Shown here piece after piece: positions 1-9,501 of a DNA stretch of 58,389 bases (positions are counted from its first letter, which is position 1; each line of letters starts with the position of its first letter). The notes under the pieces were generated by a model. The model did no database searches, was not told where the DNA came from, and worked only from the letters and a program-made list of their open reading frames with translations. Source of the DNA: Dethiobacteria bacterium (GTDB lineage Bacteria > Bacillota > Dethiobacteria > DTU022 > UBA8154). The position numbers were made by a program, and so were the translations under genes. The stretch lies in NCBI GenBank assembly GCA_050942615.1, contig JBMNNQ010000004.1:1-58389 (forward strand), written 5' to 3'.

Positions 1-296
1 ATCATATCTGCACCCTTTAAGACCCCTTCTATTTCCTGCTTGCTTTCTTCTGCAGCCTGTTGTCCAATTTCAGGGTTACCACCAGAACCAAGGCCCTTGG
101 TCAATTTTCCGCCGATCTGCAATTTTGTACCGGCCTTGGCCATTTCCAAGGCCTGGGCATCAGTATTGACCACAATAAAATCGACACCCTGAAGCCCGGC
201 ATCGATCATGCGGTTAACAGCGTTGTTCCCACCCCCGCCTACACCAATTACCTTTATTTGAGCATAAGGCTCCATTTCTATTTCAAAATCTATCAT
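1..296 (-). CDS. ftsZ: Cell division protein FtsZ, N-terminal part (continues past the window start)
   Basis: Not in the ORF track. Manual translation from ATG 296: [50 protein letters not shown]...[22 protein letters not shown] upstream; follows ftsA. Confidence 0.98.
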   Translation of the reverse strand, partial: MIDFEIEMEPYAQIKVIGVGGGGNNAVNRMIDAGLQGVDFIVVNTDAQALEMAKAGTKLQIGGKLTKGLGSGGNPEIGQQAAEESKQEIEGVLKGADM

Positions 297-336
297 TTTT
301 TTTTAAACCTCCCAGTTCGCAATAGCCGCCTGTTAA

Positions 337-1566
337 CTATTGCCAAATGTCCAAGACAAAAGCTTTAACCCGTTGCCATAGATGACTAAATAGTCCTATT
401 TTATTTTCCGTGCGCCTGGTTGGCTGCCGGATAACGTGATTGCGTGCTACATAGCTGATAATGCCCACTGCTGTTGAATAAATTGGGCTTTTTACCCCTA
501 AATATTCGGGTTGGGCCAGTCTGACGGAACAGTCAAAAACTTCTTCGGCCAGCTCTGTTATACCTTTGGAAAGAGAGACCCCCCCCGTCAGAACGATCCC
601 CGCCGGGGGCGCCTTGGTAAAACCGAAACGCGCCATCTCCTCCCTGCAAAGCTGTAGCATTTCCAAAACACGCGGTTCAATATAATTGAAAAGTTCCTGG
701 GAAGATATTTTGCGTTTTTCTCTGCCGCTGATATCTTCAATTTCAATATCTTCACTGTCGGAGGTCATATTTTCCAGTACGGTACCATGTTCAATCTTAA
801 TTTTTTCTGCCAATTCAAAGGTTGTCCGCAAACCGACGGCTAAATCATTGGTAATATGGTCACCGCCAACCGATAAAACCGCAATGTCTCTCAATGTTCC
901 TTGTTCAAAAAATGAAACCTCTGTAATCCCTCCCCCAAGATCAATGAGAAAAACACCCATTTCCTTTTCGTCCCGGGAAAGACAGATTTCACCATTGGCC
1001 AACGAATTTAAAACAAGGGCATTAACTTCCAAACCAGCCATATTCAGGCTGCGCAACAAATTGCGCAAAGAAGTCAGTGCACCGGTGATTATCATGGCTT
1101 CCACTTCCAACCGTACCCCCAGCATACCCACCGGATCACGGATACCGTCATAGCCGTCAACAATAAATTCACGGGGAATAACATCTATAATTTCCCTATC
1201 CTGGGGAAGGGCAATCACCCTGGCAGCTTGTAATACCCGTTCTACATCCTGCTCGGTGATTTCTTTGTCATCCCTGGCCACGGCAACAATACCCTTATTG
1301 TTAACCAAGCCGACATTCGAGCCCACAATACCGACGTTTAGCGGCCCTATCTTTGCTCCTACCATGCGTTCGGCCTCATCTACAGCCCTGTTTATAGATT
1401 CAACGGTTCTTTCCAGGTCGATGATGACGCCTTTTTTAATACCTTCCGAGGAGCTTGTCCCCACCCCGATAATATTCATTGCCTCATTATTAATTATTTC
1501 TCCAACCAGAATCCGCACATGAGAAGTTCCAATGTCCATTCCTGCTACTAGATCTCGCCTGGTCAA
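337..1566 (-). CDS. ftsA: Cell division protein FtsA
   Basis: Actin-fold motifs DIGTS, DLGGG, GIVLTGG; PVGMLGVRLE; C-terminal amphipathic helix; upstream of ftsZ. Confidence 0.97.
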   Translation of the reverse strand: MTRRDLVAGMDIGTSHVRILVGEIINNEAMNIIGVGTSSSEGIKKGVIIDLERTVESINRAVDEAERMVGAKIGPLNVGIVGSNVGLVNNKGIVAVARDDKEITEQDVERVLQAARVIALPQDREIIDVIPREFIVDGYDGIRDPVGMLGVRLEVEAMIITGALTSLRNLLRSLNMAGLEVNALVLNSLANGEICLSRDEKEMGVFLIDLGGGITEVSFFEQGTLRDIAVLSVGGDHITNDLAVGLRTTFELAEKIKIEHGTVLENMTSDSEDIEIEDISGREKRKISSQELFNYIEPRVLEMLQLCREEMARFGFTKAPPAGIVLTGGVSLSKGITELAEEVFDCSVRLAQPEYLGVKSPIYSTAVGIISYVARNHVIRQPTRRTENKIGLFSHLWQRVKAFVLDIWQ

Positions 1567-1618
1567 CCCAGCACCCCCTAAAATAACGGGCCCTTCCTTA
1601 ACGGCATATAATTTACTT

Positions 1619-1645
1619 ATTCCACATTTTTAATATATTTCCTTT
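1619..1645 (-). promoter_or_regulatory. Sigma-H-type promoter of ftsA-ftsZ
   Basis: Minus strand AAAGGAAAT-N11-GTGGAAT matches RNAGGAWWW-N11/12-RNNGAAT; B. subtilis ftsAZ has a sigma-H promoter. Confidence 0.7.
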
Positions 1646-1662
1646 TACGGCAAAAATTTATT

Positions 1663-2457
1663 TTAAAAAAAAGGCTTGTATACCGGCGCTTCAGCTACCC
1701 TTAAATCCAGATACCCTTCGTTAATGCCTTTTTCAAGGGGAAAATAATGGTGATGTATATGTTGGAATACTTCTATTTTTCTGGCTAAGTCAACCTTTCC
1801 CCCCAACCATACCTCCATGCCTTCGTTGGTATAAACAATGATTTGTTCCGGGTTTTCAACATTTATTTCAGCTAAAGGCAGGGCGGGCAACTTTTGCAAA
1901 GCCTCCAGAAAAATTGTGATGACTGCCCCCCGTTCCGGATCAATAACTTTTGTACCTACCTCTATTTGCCCCTGGGGCAAGCCGTTAATCAGTGGCAATC
2001 CGCCGTCATAGTTATATCTGATGCCGGTAAACGTACCGTCTGAGGCCAGTTCCAGATAGTAGCTGTGGTAGGGAACAAGGGCCAGAAAATCTTTTTCCCG
2101 GACACAAACCTGTAATTTATTTGGCAAAACCCTTTCCACATCCACCCCGGCAACCCTGGGCAGCTTTAAAATTCGTTCGCGCAATTCCGGGGGACTTATC
2201 TTCCAGATATTCATACCCTCTTGAATACCCATCGCCAAGCGCACTTCTCTTAATGAAAGCTTGTCCGTCCCCTGGATAGAGATCTCCCCAATGGTAAAAT
2301 AAGGGGACCGGAGAAACAACATTAAGGTGAGATTGGCAATAATTAAAAGGAAAATGAAACCAAGTTTGCTCTTAAACTTCTTTTTGGCTTTATGCTGAAC
2401 TACCAGTTCCTGACGGCCAAAAGAATACTTATGGGGAGGGGTTTCCATTCTTTCCAT
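1663..2457 (-). CDS. divIB: Cell division protein FtsQ/DivIB (POTRA domain)
   Basis: Basic N-terminus, one TM helix, SPYFTIGEISIQG POTRA start, YLDLR end; dcw position. Start moved to ATG 2457 (GGTGGTG RBS). Confidence 0.88.
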   Translation of the reverse strand: MERMETPPHKYSFGRQELVVQHKAKKKFKSKLGFIFLLIIANLTLMLFLRSPYFTIGEISIQGTDKLSLREVRLAMGIQEGMNIWKISPPELRERILKLPRVAGVDVERVLPNKLQVCVREKDFLALVPYHSYYLELASDGTFTGIRYNYDGGLPLINGLPQGQIEVGTKVIDPERGAVITIFLEALQKLPALPLAEINVENPEQIIVYTNEGMEVWLGGKVDLARKIEVFQHIHHHYFPLEKGINEGYLDLRVAEAPVYKPFF

Positions 2458-2525
2458 TCTGATCACCACCCTTGCCCGGGGGGCGGGCAAAAAACCCACC
2501 CCCGGTGTACATTATTTGTTTAAAT

Positions 2526-3779
2526 TTATATTCTGGTTATTTTTGCCCCTAACTTTTGCAAGTCTTTTTCGATATGTTCGTAACCGCGGTCAATATATTT
2601 GATATTATGTATAACTGTTTGCCCTGCAGCCGCCAAACCGGCTAAAATCAGGGCCGCACCTGCCCGTAAATCTGTAGCCTCCACTTCTGCCCCGCATAGT
2701 TTTTCAACACCCTGGATGTAAGCCGTCCTTCCTTGCACCGCTATTTTCGCCTGTAGGCGATTAAGCTCATCCGCATGCCGAAAGCGGGCCTCAAAAACGC
2801 TTTCCGTGATTTTACTTTTTCCCCGGGCCAGGGTTAATAAAGCCATCATCGGCGCCTGTAAATCAGTAGGAAAACCGGGATAGGGCAAGGTGCACAGCGT
2901 TTCCACCGCCTTTAATTCGCTTTCCTCTACCTTGATGCTGCTTTCAGCAACCTGGAACAAAACCCCGGCTTCTTTCATTTTTGCTACTACTGCATCCAGA
3001 TGGGAGGGAATGATATCCTGCAACAACAGCTCCCCCCCTGTTATTGCCGCGGCCATCAGGTATGTTCCGGCAACGATCCGATCGGATATGATACGATGGG
3101 TACACCGGCCGACGGATTCAACACCCCGGATACGCAATGTCTCCGTTCCTGCACCCCGGACATCAGCCCCCATTGCATTTAAGAAATTTTCTAGATCGAC
3201 TATTTCCGGTTCCTGCGCAGCATTGTTAATCACTGTTTTTCCCTTGGCCAGAACAGCAGCCATAATCAGGTTTTCTGTTGCGCCGACGCTGGGGTAATCC
3301 AGGTGTATTTCTGTTCCTTGCAATTGGGGAGCAGAGGCAACGATAAAGTCATCTTCCTCACTTATTTTGGCACCCAAAGCCTCCAACCCTTTAAAATGCA
3401 GATCTATAGGGCGCGGGCCGATCGAACAGCCCCCCGGATAAGTTACTCCCACTTTGCCAAAGCGTGCCAACAGCGGCCCCATCAGAAAAATTGAGGAACG
3501 CATTTCCCGCATCAAATCCTCGGGAATGGTAAACCCATGCAAATCCCTGACGTTAATCCGCAGGGTATGATCTGCAAATTTTACCTTTGCTCCCAGAGAA
3601 CGTAATATTTTAGTCATGACATGCATATCAAATATTGAGGGTATATTTTGCAGTACAATATCTTCATGGCTGCTGCTGAGCACTGCAGCAGCCATGATCG
3701 GTAACATGGAATTTTTTGCACCCTTGACCGATAAAGAACCCTGCAGTCTGGTTCCTCCCTCAATTACAAACTTCGTCAT
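2526..3779 (-). CDS. murA: UDP-N-acetylglucosamine 1-carboxyvinyltransferase
   Basis: GAKNS, MRSS, PGGCSIGPRPIDLH (catalytic Cys), PGFPTD, DLRAGA, IDRGYE; start at ATG 3779 after AGAGGAG. Confidence 0.97.
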   Translation of the reverse strand: MTKFVIEGGTRLQGSLSVKGAKNSMLPIMAAAVLSSSHEDIVLQNIPSIFDMHVMTKILRSLGAKVKFADHTLRINVRDLHGFTIPEDLMREMRSSIFLMGPLLARFGKVGVTYPGGCSIGPRPIDLHFKGLEALGAKISEEDDFIVASAPQLQGTEIHLDYPSVGATENLIMAAVLAKGKTVINNAAQEPEIVDLENFLNAMGADVRGAGTETLRIRGVESVGRCTHRIISDRIVAGTYLMAAAITGGELLLQDIIPSHLDAVVAKMKEAGVLFQVAESSIKVEESELKAVETLCTLPYPGFPTDLQAPMMALLTLARGKSKITESVFEARFRHADELNRLQAKIAVQGRTAYIQGVEKLCGAEVEATDLRAGAALILAGLAAAGQTVIHNIKYIDRGYEHIEKDLQKLGAKITRI

Positions 3780-3780
3780 T

Positions 3781-4701
3781 TTATCTTCTCCTCTGTTCAC
3801 CGCCATTTTCACCGATTATTTTTATTTCCAAAACAAGATCTATGCCAAAAGCATCTTTCACTTTTTGTTTGACTGCTGCAATTAAAGTCAATACATCATC
3901 AGCTGTAGCTTTTCCCTTATTAATAATAAAATTGCCGTGTTGCAAGGAAACCTGGGCATCGCCGACGGTCATTCCCTTGGCGCCCACCTGTTCTACCAGC
4001 TGTCCTGCCGGTTTCAGGGGAGGGTTGCGGAAAACACTGCCGGCACTGGGTAAAGAGGGGTGTTTAGAACGTCTGTCCATTTGAATGTCCTTGATCCGTT
4101 TGCGGACTGCATATTTTTCCCCGGGGACAAGGTTTAACATCCCTTCCAGGATGATAACCTCCTCTTCCTGAAAGGTGCTCCAACGGTAGGCAAAATTCAG
4201 CTCTTCCCGGGAGCGTACCCGGCACCTGCCCTGGAAGTCTACTGTGGTAACTTCCCTGACCAATTCACTGATGGCAGAACCATAGGCGCCGGCATTCATA
4301 TATAAGGCACCCCCCAGGCTTCCTGGAATACCGGCGGCAAACTCCAACCCTTTTAAACCCCGGTTAGCAGTTTCCTGGCACAACCTGAACAAAGACACTG
4401 CCGCGCCGGCTTTTAAACCGCTGCCCAAAAATTCAAAGGTGGAACAAAGTTCGCTCAGGTTAATCACTATGCCCCGCAGGCCCCGATCGCTGACCAACAG
4501 GTTGGTTCCCTGGCCGATGATAAACAGGGGAATATTGTGCTGATAAGTTAGTTTAAGCAGACTTTGCAGCTCTGCAATGTTTTGGGGAAAAGCTAAAAAT
4601 TCTGCAGGTCCACCGATGCGTAATGAGGTATGCCTGGACAGGGGTTCTTCTGTCAGGGGGGGTTTGCTTAAAATCTGTCCTATTTTTTCCTTCCAATTCA
4701 T
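3781..4701 (-). CDS. murB: UDP-N-acetylmuramate dehydrogenase
   Basis: HTSLRIGGPA, GQGTNLL, GIPGSLGGALYMNAGAYG, SAGSVFRNP, HGNF. Confidence 0.97.
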   Translation of the reverse strand: MNWKEKIGQILSKPPLTEEPLSRHTSLRIGGPAEFLAFPQNIAELQSLLKLTYQHNIPLFIIGQGTNLLVSDRGLRGIVINLSELCSTFEFLGSGLKAGAAVSLFRLCQETANRGLKGLEFAAGIPGSLGGALYMNAGAYGSAISELVREVTTVDFQGRCRVRSREELNFAYRWSTFQEEEVIILEGMLNLVPGEKYAVRKRIKDIQMDRRSKHPSLPSAGSVFRNPPLKPAGQLVEQVGAKGMTVGDAQVSLQHGNFIINKGKATADDVLTLIAAVKQKVKDAFGIDLVLEIKIIGENGGEQRRR

Positions 4702-4890
4702 TGGGATTCCCCATTCTTTTTTAGGTGTTAACCTGCAGATTTTATTTTGTGTATTATTGCATTACCATATTTAGAGTTCCGACGGCGCCTTTTTATTTTA
4801 GCTTTTTTACAGTATATATTATGCAGCTTTTACAAATAGCGTGCTTTTTGGCACTTGTCCATTCAGCCCTTAAAAAACAGGTTCAAATTT

Positions 4891-5991
4891 TTAAGGGAAC
4901 ATAAGTTTGTAAATGTTTTCTGCAGCCTGTGGGTAACCCAGCCTTTTACTATTATCCTTCATTTGATTTAATTTACCAGGGTTATTTAATAAAGCAAATA
5001 TTTTTTCCTGCAAAAGCTGTGCATTTAAATTTTGTTCTTCAATGACCACTGCCGCTCCCTGGCGGGAAAGTTCACGGGCGTTAATCAGCTGGTGATTATG
5101 AACAACATTGGGGGAAGGAACAACAATCGCCGGTACACCCAAAGCCGTAATTTCAGCCAGGGTAGTAGCGCCGGCCCTGGTAATCATTAAGTCTGCAGCA
5201 GCCAAGGCCAAAGACATTTCCTGTTGATAAGGACGAACTTGCAGACGACCGCCATAAAGCCTGAAGATCCCTGCCGCCTGCAAGCGGGAAATCACTTCAT
5301 CATAGTATATTTCACCGGTAATATACAGTACTTGCATCTTTTTATAGCCTGTGGAACGCAGTAAAAAGTCTATTGTGTGCCGGTTTATTCTTTCAGCTCC
5401 CCTGCTGCCGCCCACTACCAGCAAAAGGGGCTGCTCAAATTGCATATTCAACATTTGAAGTGCCGTTTTTTTGCTTATATGGCCCACCTCAGAAGCACGG
5501 GGATTGCCGGTTACACAAAGGTTGTTCTTTTTTCTGAAGTACCGGCGGGAAGCTTCAAAAGAAAGGCATACTTTATAAACCCAGGGGGCAACAAGGCGAT
5601 TTGTAACCCCCGGGATTACATTTTGTTCATGAATCAAAACTTTTTTGCGCTGCATGATAGCTGCCAGGATCACAGGGGCAGCAGCATAGCCGCCCGTGCC
5701 TATAATCAGGTCCGGTTTGAATGCGGCGAGGATTTTGCCCGCCCGGCAACCCGATTTCCCCAACAGGTAGAAGGTTTTCCAGAATTGCAAATTCAGGCGG
5801 CGGGGGAGTCCTTTTACCGGCAGGGTGTGCAGTCGAAAACCGGCAGCAGGGATAATTTTTTCCTCCATGCCCTTCTCGGCACCGACAAAAATTATTTCCG
5901 CCCCCGGGTTAACCTTTCTAATATAACGTGCCAGGGCCAGGGCCGGATAAATATGACCGCCGGTTCCCCCACCTGTAAAAATTATCCGCAT
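4891..5991 (-). CDS. murG: Lipid II GlcNAc transferase MurG
   Basis: GGGTGGHIYPA, HEQN, GNP, GGSRGA, RAGATT, HQLINA. Confidence 0.98.
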   Translation of the reverse strand: MRIIFTGGGTGGHIYPALALARYIRKVNPGAEIIFVGAEKGMEEKIIPAAGFRLHTLPVKGLPRRLNLQFWKTFYLLGKSGCRAGKILAAFKPDLIIGTGGYAAAPVILAAIMQRKKVLIHEQNVIPGVTNRLVAPWVYKVCLSFEASRRYFRKKNNLCVTGNPRASEVGHISKKTALQMLNMQFEQPLLLVVGGSRGAERINRHTIDFLLRSTGYKKMQVLYITGEIYYDEVISRLQAAGIFRLYGGRLQVRPYQQEMSLALAAADLMITRAGATTLAEITALGVPAIVVPSPNVVHNHQLINARELSRQGAAVVIEEQNLNAQLLQEKIFALLNNPGKLNQMKDNSKRLGYPQAAENIYKLMFP

Positions 5992-6006
5992 TTTTCCTCC
6001 TAAGCT

Positions 6007-7122
6007 TTAACGATTATAACGCGAAATATTCATGAGGATACCCATACTGCACATGGTAAAAAACAAGGAGCTGCCCCCGGCGCTGATGAAGGGGAGGTTG
6101 ATCCCCGTCACGGGAATGGAACCGGTAACCACCCCGATATTCAGCAAGGTCTGCACGGCAACCATCGCCGTTACCCCGGTGGCTAAAAGACTGCTGAAAT
6201 TGTCCGGCGCCAACAGAGAGGTTTTAAAACCCCGCCAGATCAGGACAAAAAAAAGCAGCATGATAGTTACGGCACCCAAAAAACCCAGCTCTTCACCGAT
6301 AATCGAAAAGATAAAATCATTCTGGGGTTCGGGCAGGTAATATAGTTTTTGGCGGCTGCGTCCCAAACCGACGCCAAAAAGCCCCCCCGGGCCCAACGCA
6401 TAAAGGGACTGGATAATCTGGTAACCTGTATCCAAGGGATCGGCCCAGGGATCCAGAAAGGAAAAGATACGCTGCATGCGGTATTTTTCACTTAAAGAAA
6501 AATAAAGCATTAAAGGCAGGCTGAATACAATCAGGTAAAAAAGCTGCTTCCAGGGTATACCCGCTGCAAAAATAATAATGCCGATCGTCATGGCCAGGGC
6601 CACGCTCGTTCCTAAATCGGGCTGTACTAAAATAAGTAAAAAAGAACATCCTGTTATCACCAGCGGCACAAAGCTGCTGCGCAAAAAATCCTGCATATCA
6701 ATGTTTTTTTTGCTTAAGAAGGCTGCTGCAAAAACAATCAGCGCCAACTTTGTAAATTCTGCCGGTTGGACTGTGGGACCGCCCAAGGTAATCCAGCGGC
6801 GGGCCCCGCCTAGTTCTACCCCCAGCCCCGGGATAAAAACACATAGTAATAGTAAAAAATTTACCAAAAGCATGAGCGGCACAACTTTACGCCATTTCCA
6901 GTAATTAAAATTAGTTGTAAAATACATGCCTACTAATCCCAAACCAATCCAGAAAGCCTGGCGGCGCAGAAAAAAAAATGCATCGCCCCTTGATTCCAAA
7001 GCAGTTATGTAACTGGCACTAAAAACCATGACCAGGCCAAAAGCTGTTAAAATAAGTACGGTAAAAAATATTGTAAAGTCAGGGGGTTTACGCAGCTCTT
7101 GTTTTACCGGGGCCTTTCTCAT
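6007..7122 (-). CDS. ftsW: SEDS family peptidoglycan polymerase FtsW/SpoVE
   Basis: Multi-TM; GARRWI, QPAEFTK, QPDLG, LPEPQNDFIF, PFISAGGSS. Confidence 0.93.
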   Translation of the reverse strand: MRKAPVKQELRKPPDFTIFFTVLILTAFGLVMVFSASYITALESRGDAFFFLRRQAFWIGLGLVGMYFTTNFNYWKWRKVVPLMLLVNFLLLLCVFIPGLGVELGGARRWITLGGPTVQPAEFTKLALIVFAAAFLSKKNIDMQDFLRSSFVPLVITGCSFLLILVQPDLGTSVALAMTIGIIIFAAGIPWKQLFYLIVFSLPLMLYFSLSEKYRMQRIFSFLDPWADPLDTGYQIIQSLYALGPGGLFGVGLGRSRQKLYYLPEPQNDFIFSIIGEELGFLGAVTIMLLFFVLIWRGFKTSLLAPDNFSSLLATGVTAMVAVQTLLNIGVVTGSIPVTGINLPFISAGGSSLFFTMCSMGILMNISRYNR

Positions 7123-8516
7123 TTTTCCTGCCCCTCCTTCAATGATAGTACTGCTGCTTTAAAAACCTCGCCCCGTTCCTCAAAATTATTGAACATATCC
7201 CAGCTGGCACAGCCCGGTGAAAGAAGAACGGTATCGCCGGGGAAAGCAATTTGAAAGGCGCGTGTAACTGCCGTTTTCAGGTCAGGGACTGTTTCCAGCT
7301 GTAAAAAACCTTCTTTCCGGGCCAAAGTGGTTAAAAGCGGCGCTGCCTCACCCAAAAGAATCATTTTTTTAACCTGACCCCCGGCTACCGCCTGCATAAA
7401 CGGCTGCAAATCGCCTCCCTTATGCATTCCACCGGCGATGAGCACCTTGGGCCCGTGGACGGCGCGCAGGGCCTGTATGGCAGCATCGGGATTTGTTCCT
7501 TTGGAATCATTAATAAAGGTTACCCCCCGGACGGTTACCACTTTTTCCAGGCGGTGAGGTACGCCGGAAAAGTTTTTTAGCGCTTGCACAATCGCGGGCA
7601 TATCCACACCCGCGGCCCAAGCAATTGCCGCCGCGGCAAGTGCATTTTCCAGGTTATGCTGCCCCGGAATCCTGACCTCCGCGGCCTCACAAATTTTTTG
7701 CGGGCGGGAACCGGCCTGCAGGCCCTGTAAATAAAGGCAGCCGCCTTGCAGGTAAAGGCCCGGGTTGAGCTTTTCCTTGCGGCTGAAAGGCAGGATTTTA
7801 CCCCCTGCAAAGGGGGCCAGTTTTCTTACCAGGGGATCATCCCAATTCAGCACAGCCCAGTCGGTCTTTTGCTGGTTGCACAAAATCTTTTTTTTCGCTG
7901 CAATATACTGTACCATTGTTTGGTGGTAATCAAGATGATCGGGGGTTAGATTCAAAATAGCCGCAATCTGCGCGCGGAAATAACGGGTGTCTGCCAGTTG
8001 AAAGCTGCTTAATTCGGCAACAATAGTGTCGGTAGGGGTGGCTTGCCGGACTGCTTCAGCAAGGGGGAAACCGATATTCCCGGAAACATAAACTTTTGTG
8101 CCCGGCCGTGTTAACATTTCCCCGGTTAACGTCGTAGTTGTCGTCTTGCCATTCGTACCGGTAATTGCTATAAGCGGGACCGGGCTGAAACGAAAAGCAA
8201 TTTCAATCTCTGAATAAATGGGGATTCCTGCCCGGCGGGCTTTGCGTAAAAGGGGCAGTTGCGGGTTGATACCCGGGCTTTTAACAAGCAGCGATACCCC
8301 CGTCAGCAGGTTTTCAGGGTGCCCCCCGGTTACAATTTCCACCCGTGGATCAGCCAAAAAATCTTTTATTTCCTGCTGCAAAAGGGCAGCATCCCGGGCA
8401 TCATTGGCTATAATGCTGAAAGCCCCTGCCTGCAAGAGTAAACGGATTGCCGCCCGGCCGCTTTTGGCCAAGCCGACAACCAGGATTTTTTTGCCTTTAA
8501 TCATGGTTTCTGACAC
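7119..8516 (-). CDS. murD: UDP-MurNAc-L-Ala--D-Glu ligase
   Basis: GLAKSG, KSPGI, ITGTNGKTTT, ELSSFQL, NDSKGTN, SPGCASWDMF. Confidence 0.97.
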   Translation of the reverse strand: MSETMIKGKKILVVGLAKSGRAAIRLLLQAGAFSIIANDARDAALLQQEIKDFLADPRVEIVTGGHPENLLTGVSLLVKSPGINPQLPLLRKARRAGIPIYSEIEIAFRFSPVPLIAITGTNGKTTTTTLTGEMLTRPGTKVYVSGNIGFPLAEAVRQATPTDTIVAELSSFQLADTRYFRAQIAAILNLTPDHLDYHQTMVQYIAAKKKILCNQQKTDWAVLNWDDPLVRKLAPFAGGKILPFSRKEKLNPGLYLQGGCLYLQGLQAGSRPQKICEAAEVRIPGQHNLENALAAAAIAWAAGVDMPAIVQALKNFSGVPHRLEKVVTVRGVTFINDSKGTNPDAAIQALRAVHGPKVLIAGGMHKGGDLQPFMQAVAGGQVKKMILLGEAAPLLTTLARKEGFLQLETVPDLKTAVTRAFQIAFPGDTVLLSPGCASWDMFNNFEERGEVFKAAVLSLKEGQEK

Positions 8517-8519
8517 CCT

Positions 8520-9488
8520 TTACCACCTCAATAAAGGAGTATATTCCAATAAACCTATCAATGCAAAACAAAAGCCCAGCGCCCAAAAGCCAATCACAAC
8601 ATGCCACTCAGACCACCCTTTCATTTCAAAATGGTGGTGCAAAGGACTCATGAGAAAAACCCTTTTCCCTGTAAGCCGGAAAAAAATAACCTGCAGGACT
8701 ACGGAAAGCGTTTCTAAAATAAAAACCCCGCCGATAATCACCAGGGAAAATTCAGCTTTAATCAAAATAGCCACTGCAGCCAAAGCTGTCCCTAAGGACA
8801 AAGAACCCACATCCCCCATAAAGATACGGGCGGGATGCAAATTGTAAATTAAAAAACCAAAACAGGCACCGATCAGTGCACTGCAAAAATATACCAGATC
8901 CTGCATCCCTTGCAGGGAGGCCATAAAAAGCAGGGCTAAAAGGGCCAGAATAGCTGTGCCCCCGGCCAGGCCATCAATCCCGTCCGTCAAGTTTACAGCA
9001 TTGGAAAAACCGACAATCACCACTAAAATTAATAAAGGATAAAACAATCCAAAATCAATTTGTAAGGTGGTGAAGGGTATCTTCACTAGCGTGGAATGGC
9101 CCAGATACAGCAGGCCAAAATAAAATAATAAGGAAAACACAAACTGGGCCAGCAGTTTATCCCTGGCCCTGATACCTAAAGAGCGCCGGTGTATAACTTT
9201 CTGATAGTCGTCCATCAAACCTAAAAGAGCGCTGCTAAAGGTTACAAAAAGGGCCAGAAAAAGCGCGGGGGTTTTGGGTGCAAAGATTAAAATTATGAAA
9301 AGAAATGAGGACAAAAAAACAAGCCCCCCCATTGTAGGCGTTCCCGCTTTATTGAAATGCCGGCGGGGCCCATCCAGCCTTATTTGCTGTCCATAGCGCT
9401 GGCTACGGGAAAAACGGATATAAAGAGGACAAATAATTACACTTAAGAAAAAAGCCACTGCGGCCGTCTGGTAGATTGCAGGCGACAA
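8520..9488 (-). CDS. mraY: Phospho-MurNAc-pentapeptide transferase
   Basis: KAGTPTMGG, DDY, NAVNLTDGIDGL, FMGDVGS, PLHHHFE. Confidence 0.98.
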   Translation of the reverse strand: MSPAIYQTAAVAFFLSVIICPLYIRFSRSQRYGQQIRLDGPRRHFNKAGTPTMGGLVFLSSFLFIILIFAPKTPALFLALFVTFSSALLGLMDDYQKVIHRRSLGIRARDKLLAQFVFSLLFYFGLLYLGHSTLVKIPFTTLQIDFGLFYPLLILVVIVGFSNAVNLTDGIDGLAGGTAILALLALLFMASLQGMQDLVYFCSALIGACFGFLIYNLHPARIFMGDVGSLSLGTALAAVAILIKAEFSLVIIGGVFILETLSVVLQVIFFRLTGKRVFLMSPLHHHFEMKGWSEWHVVIGFWALGFCFALIGLLEYTPLLRW

Positions 9489-9501
9489 AACATCTTCCCC
9501 T

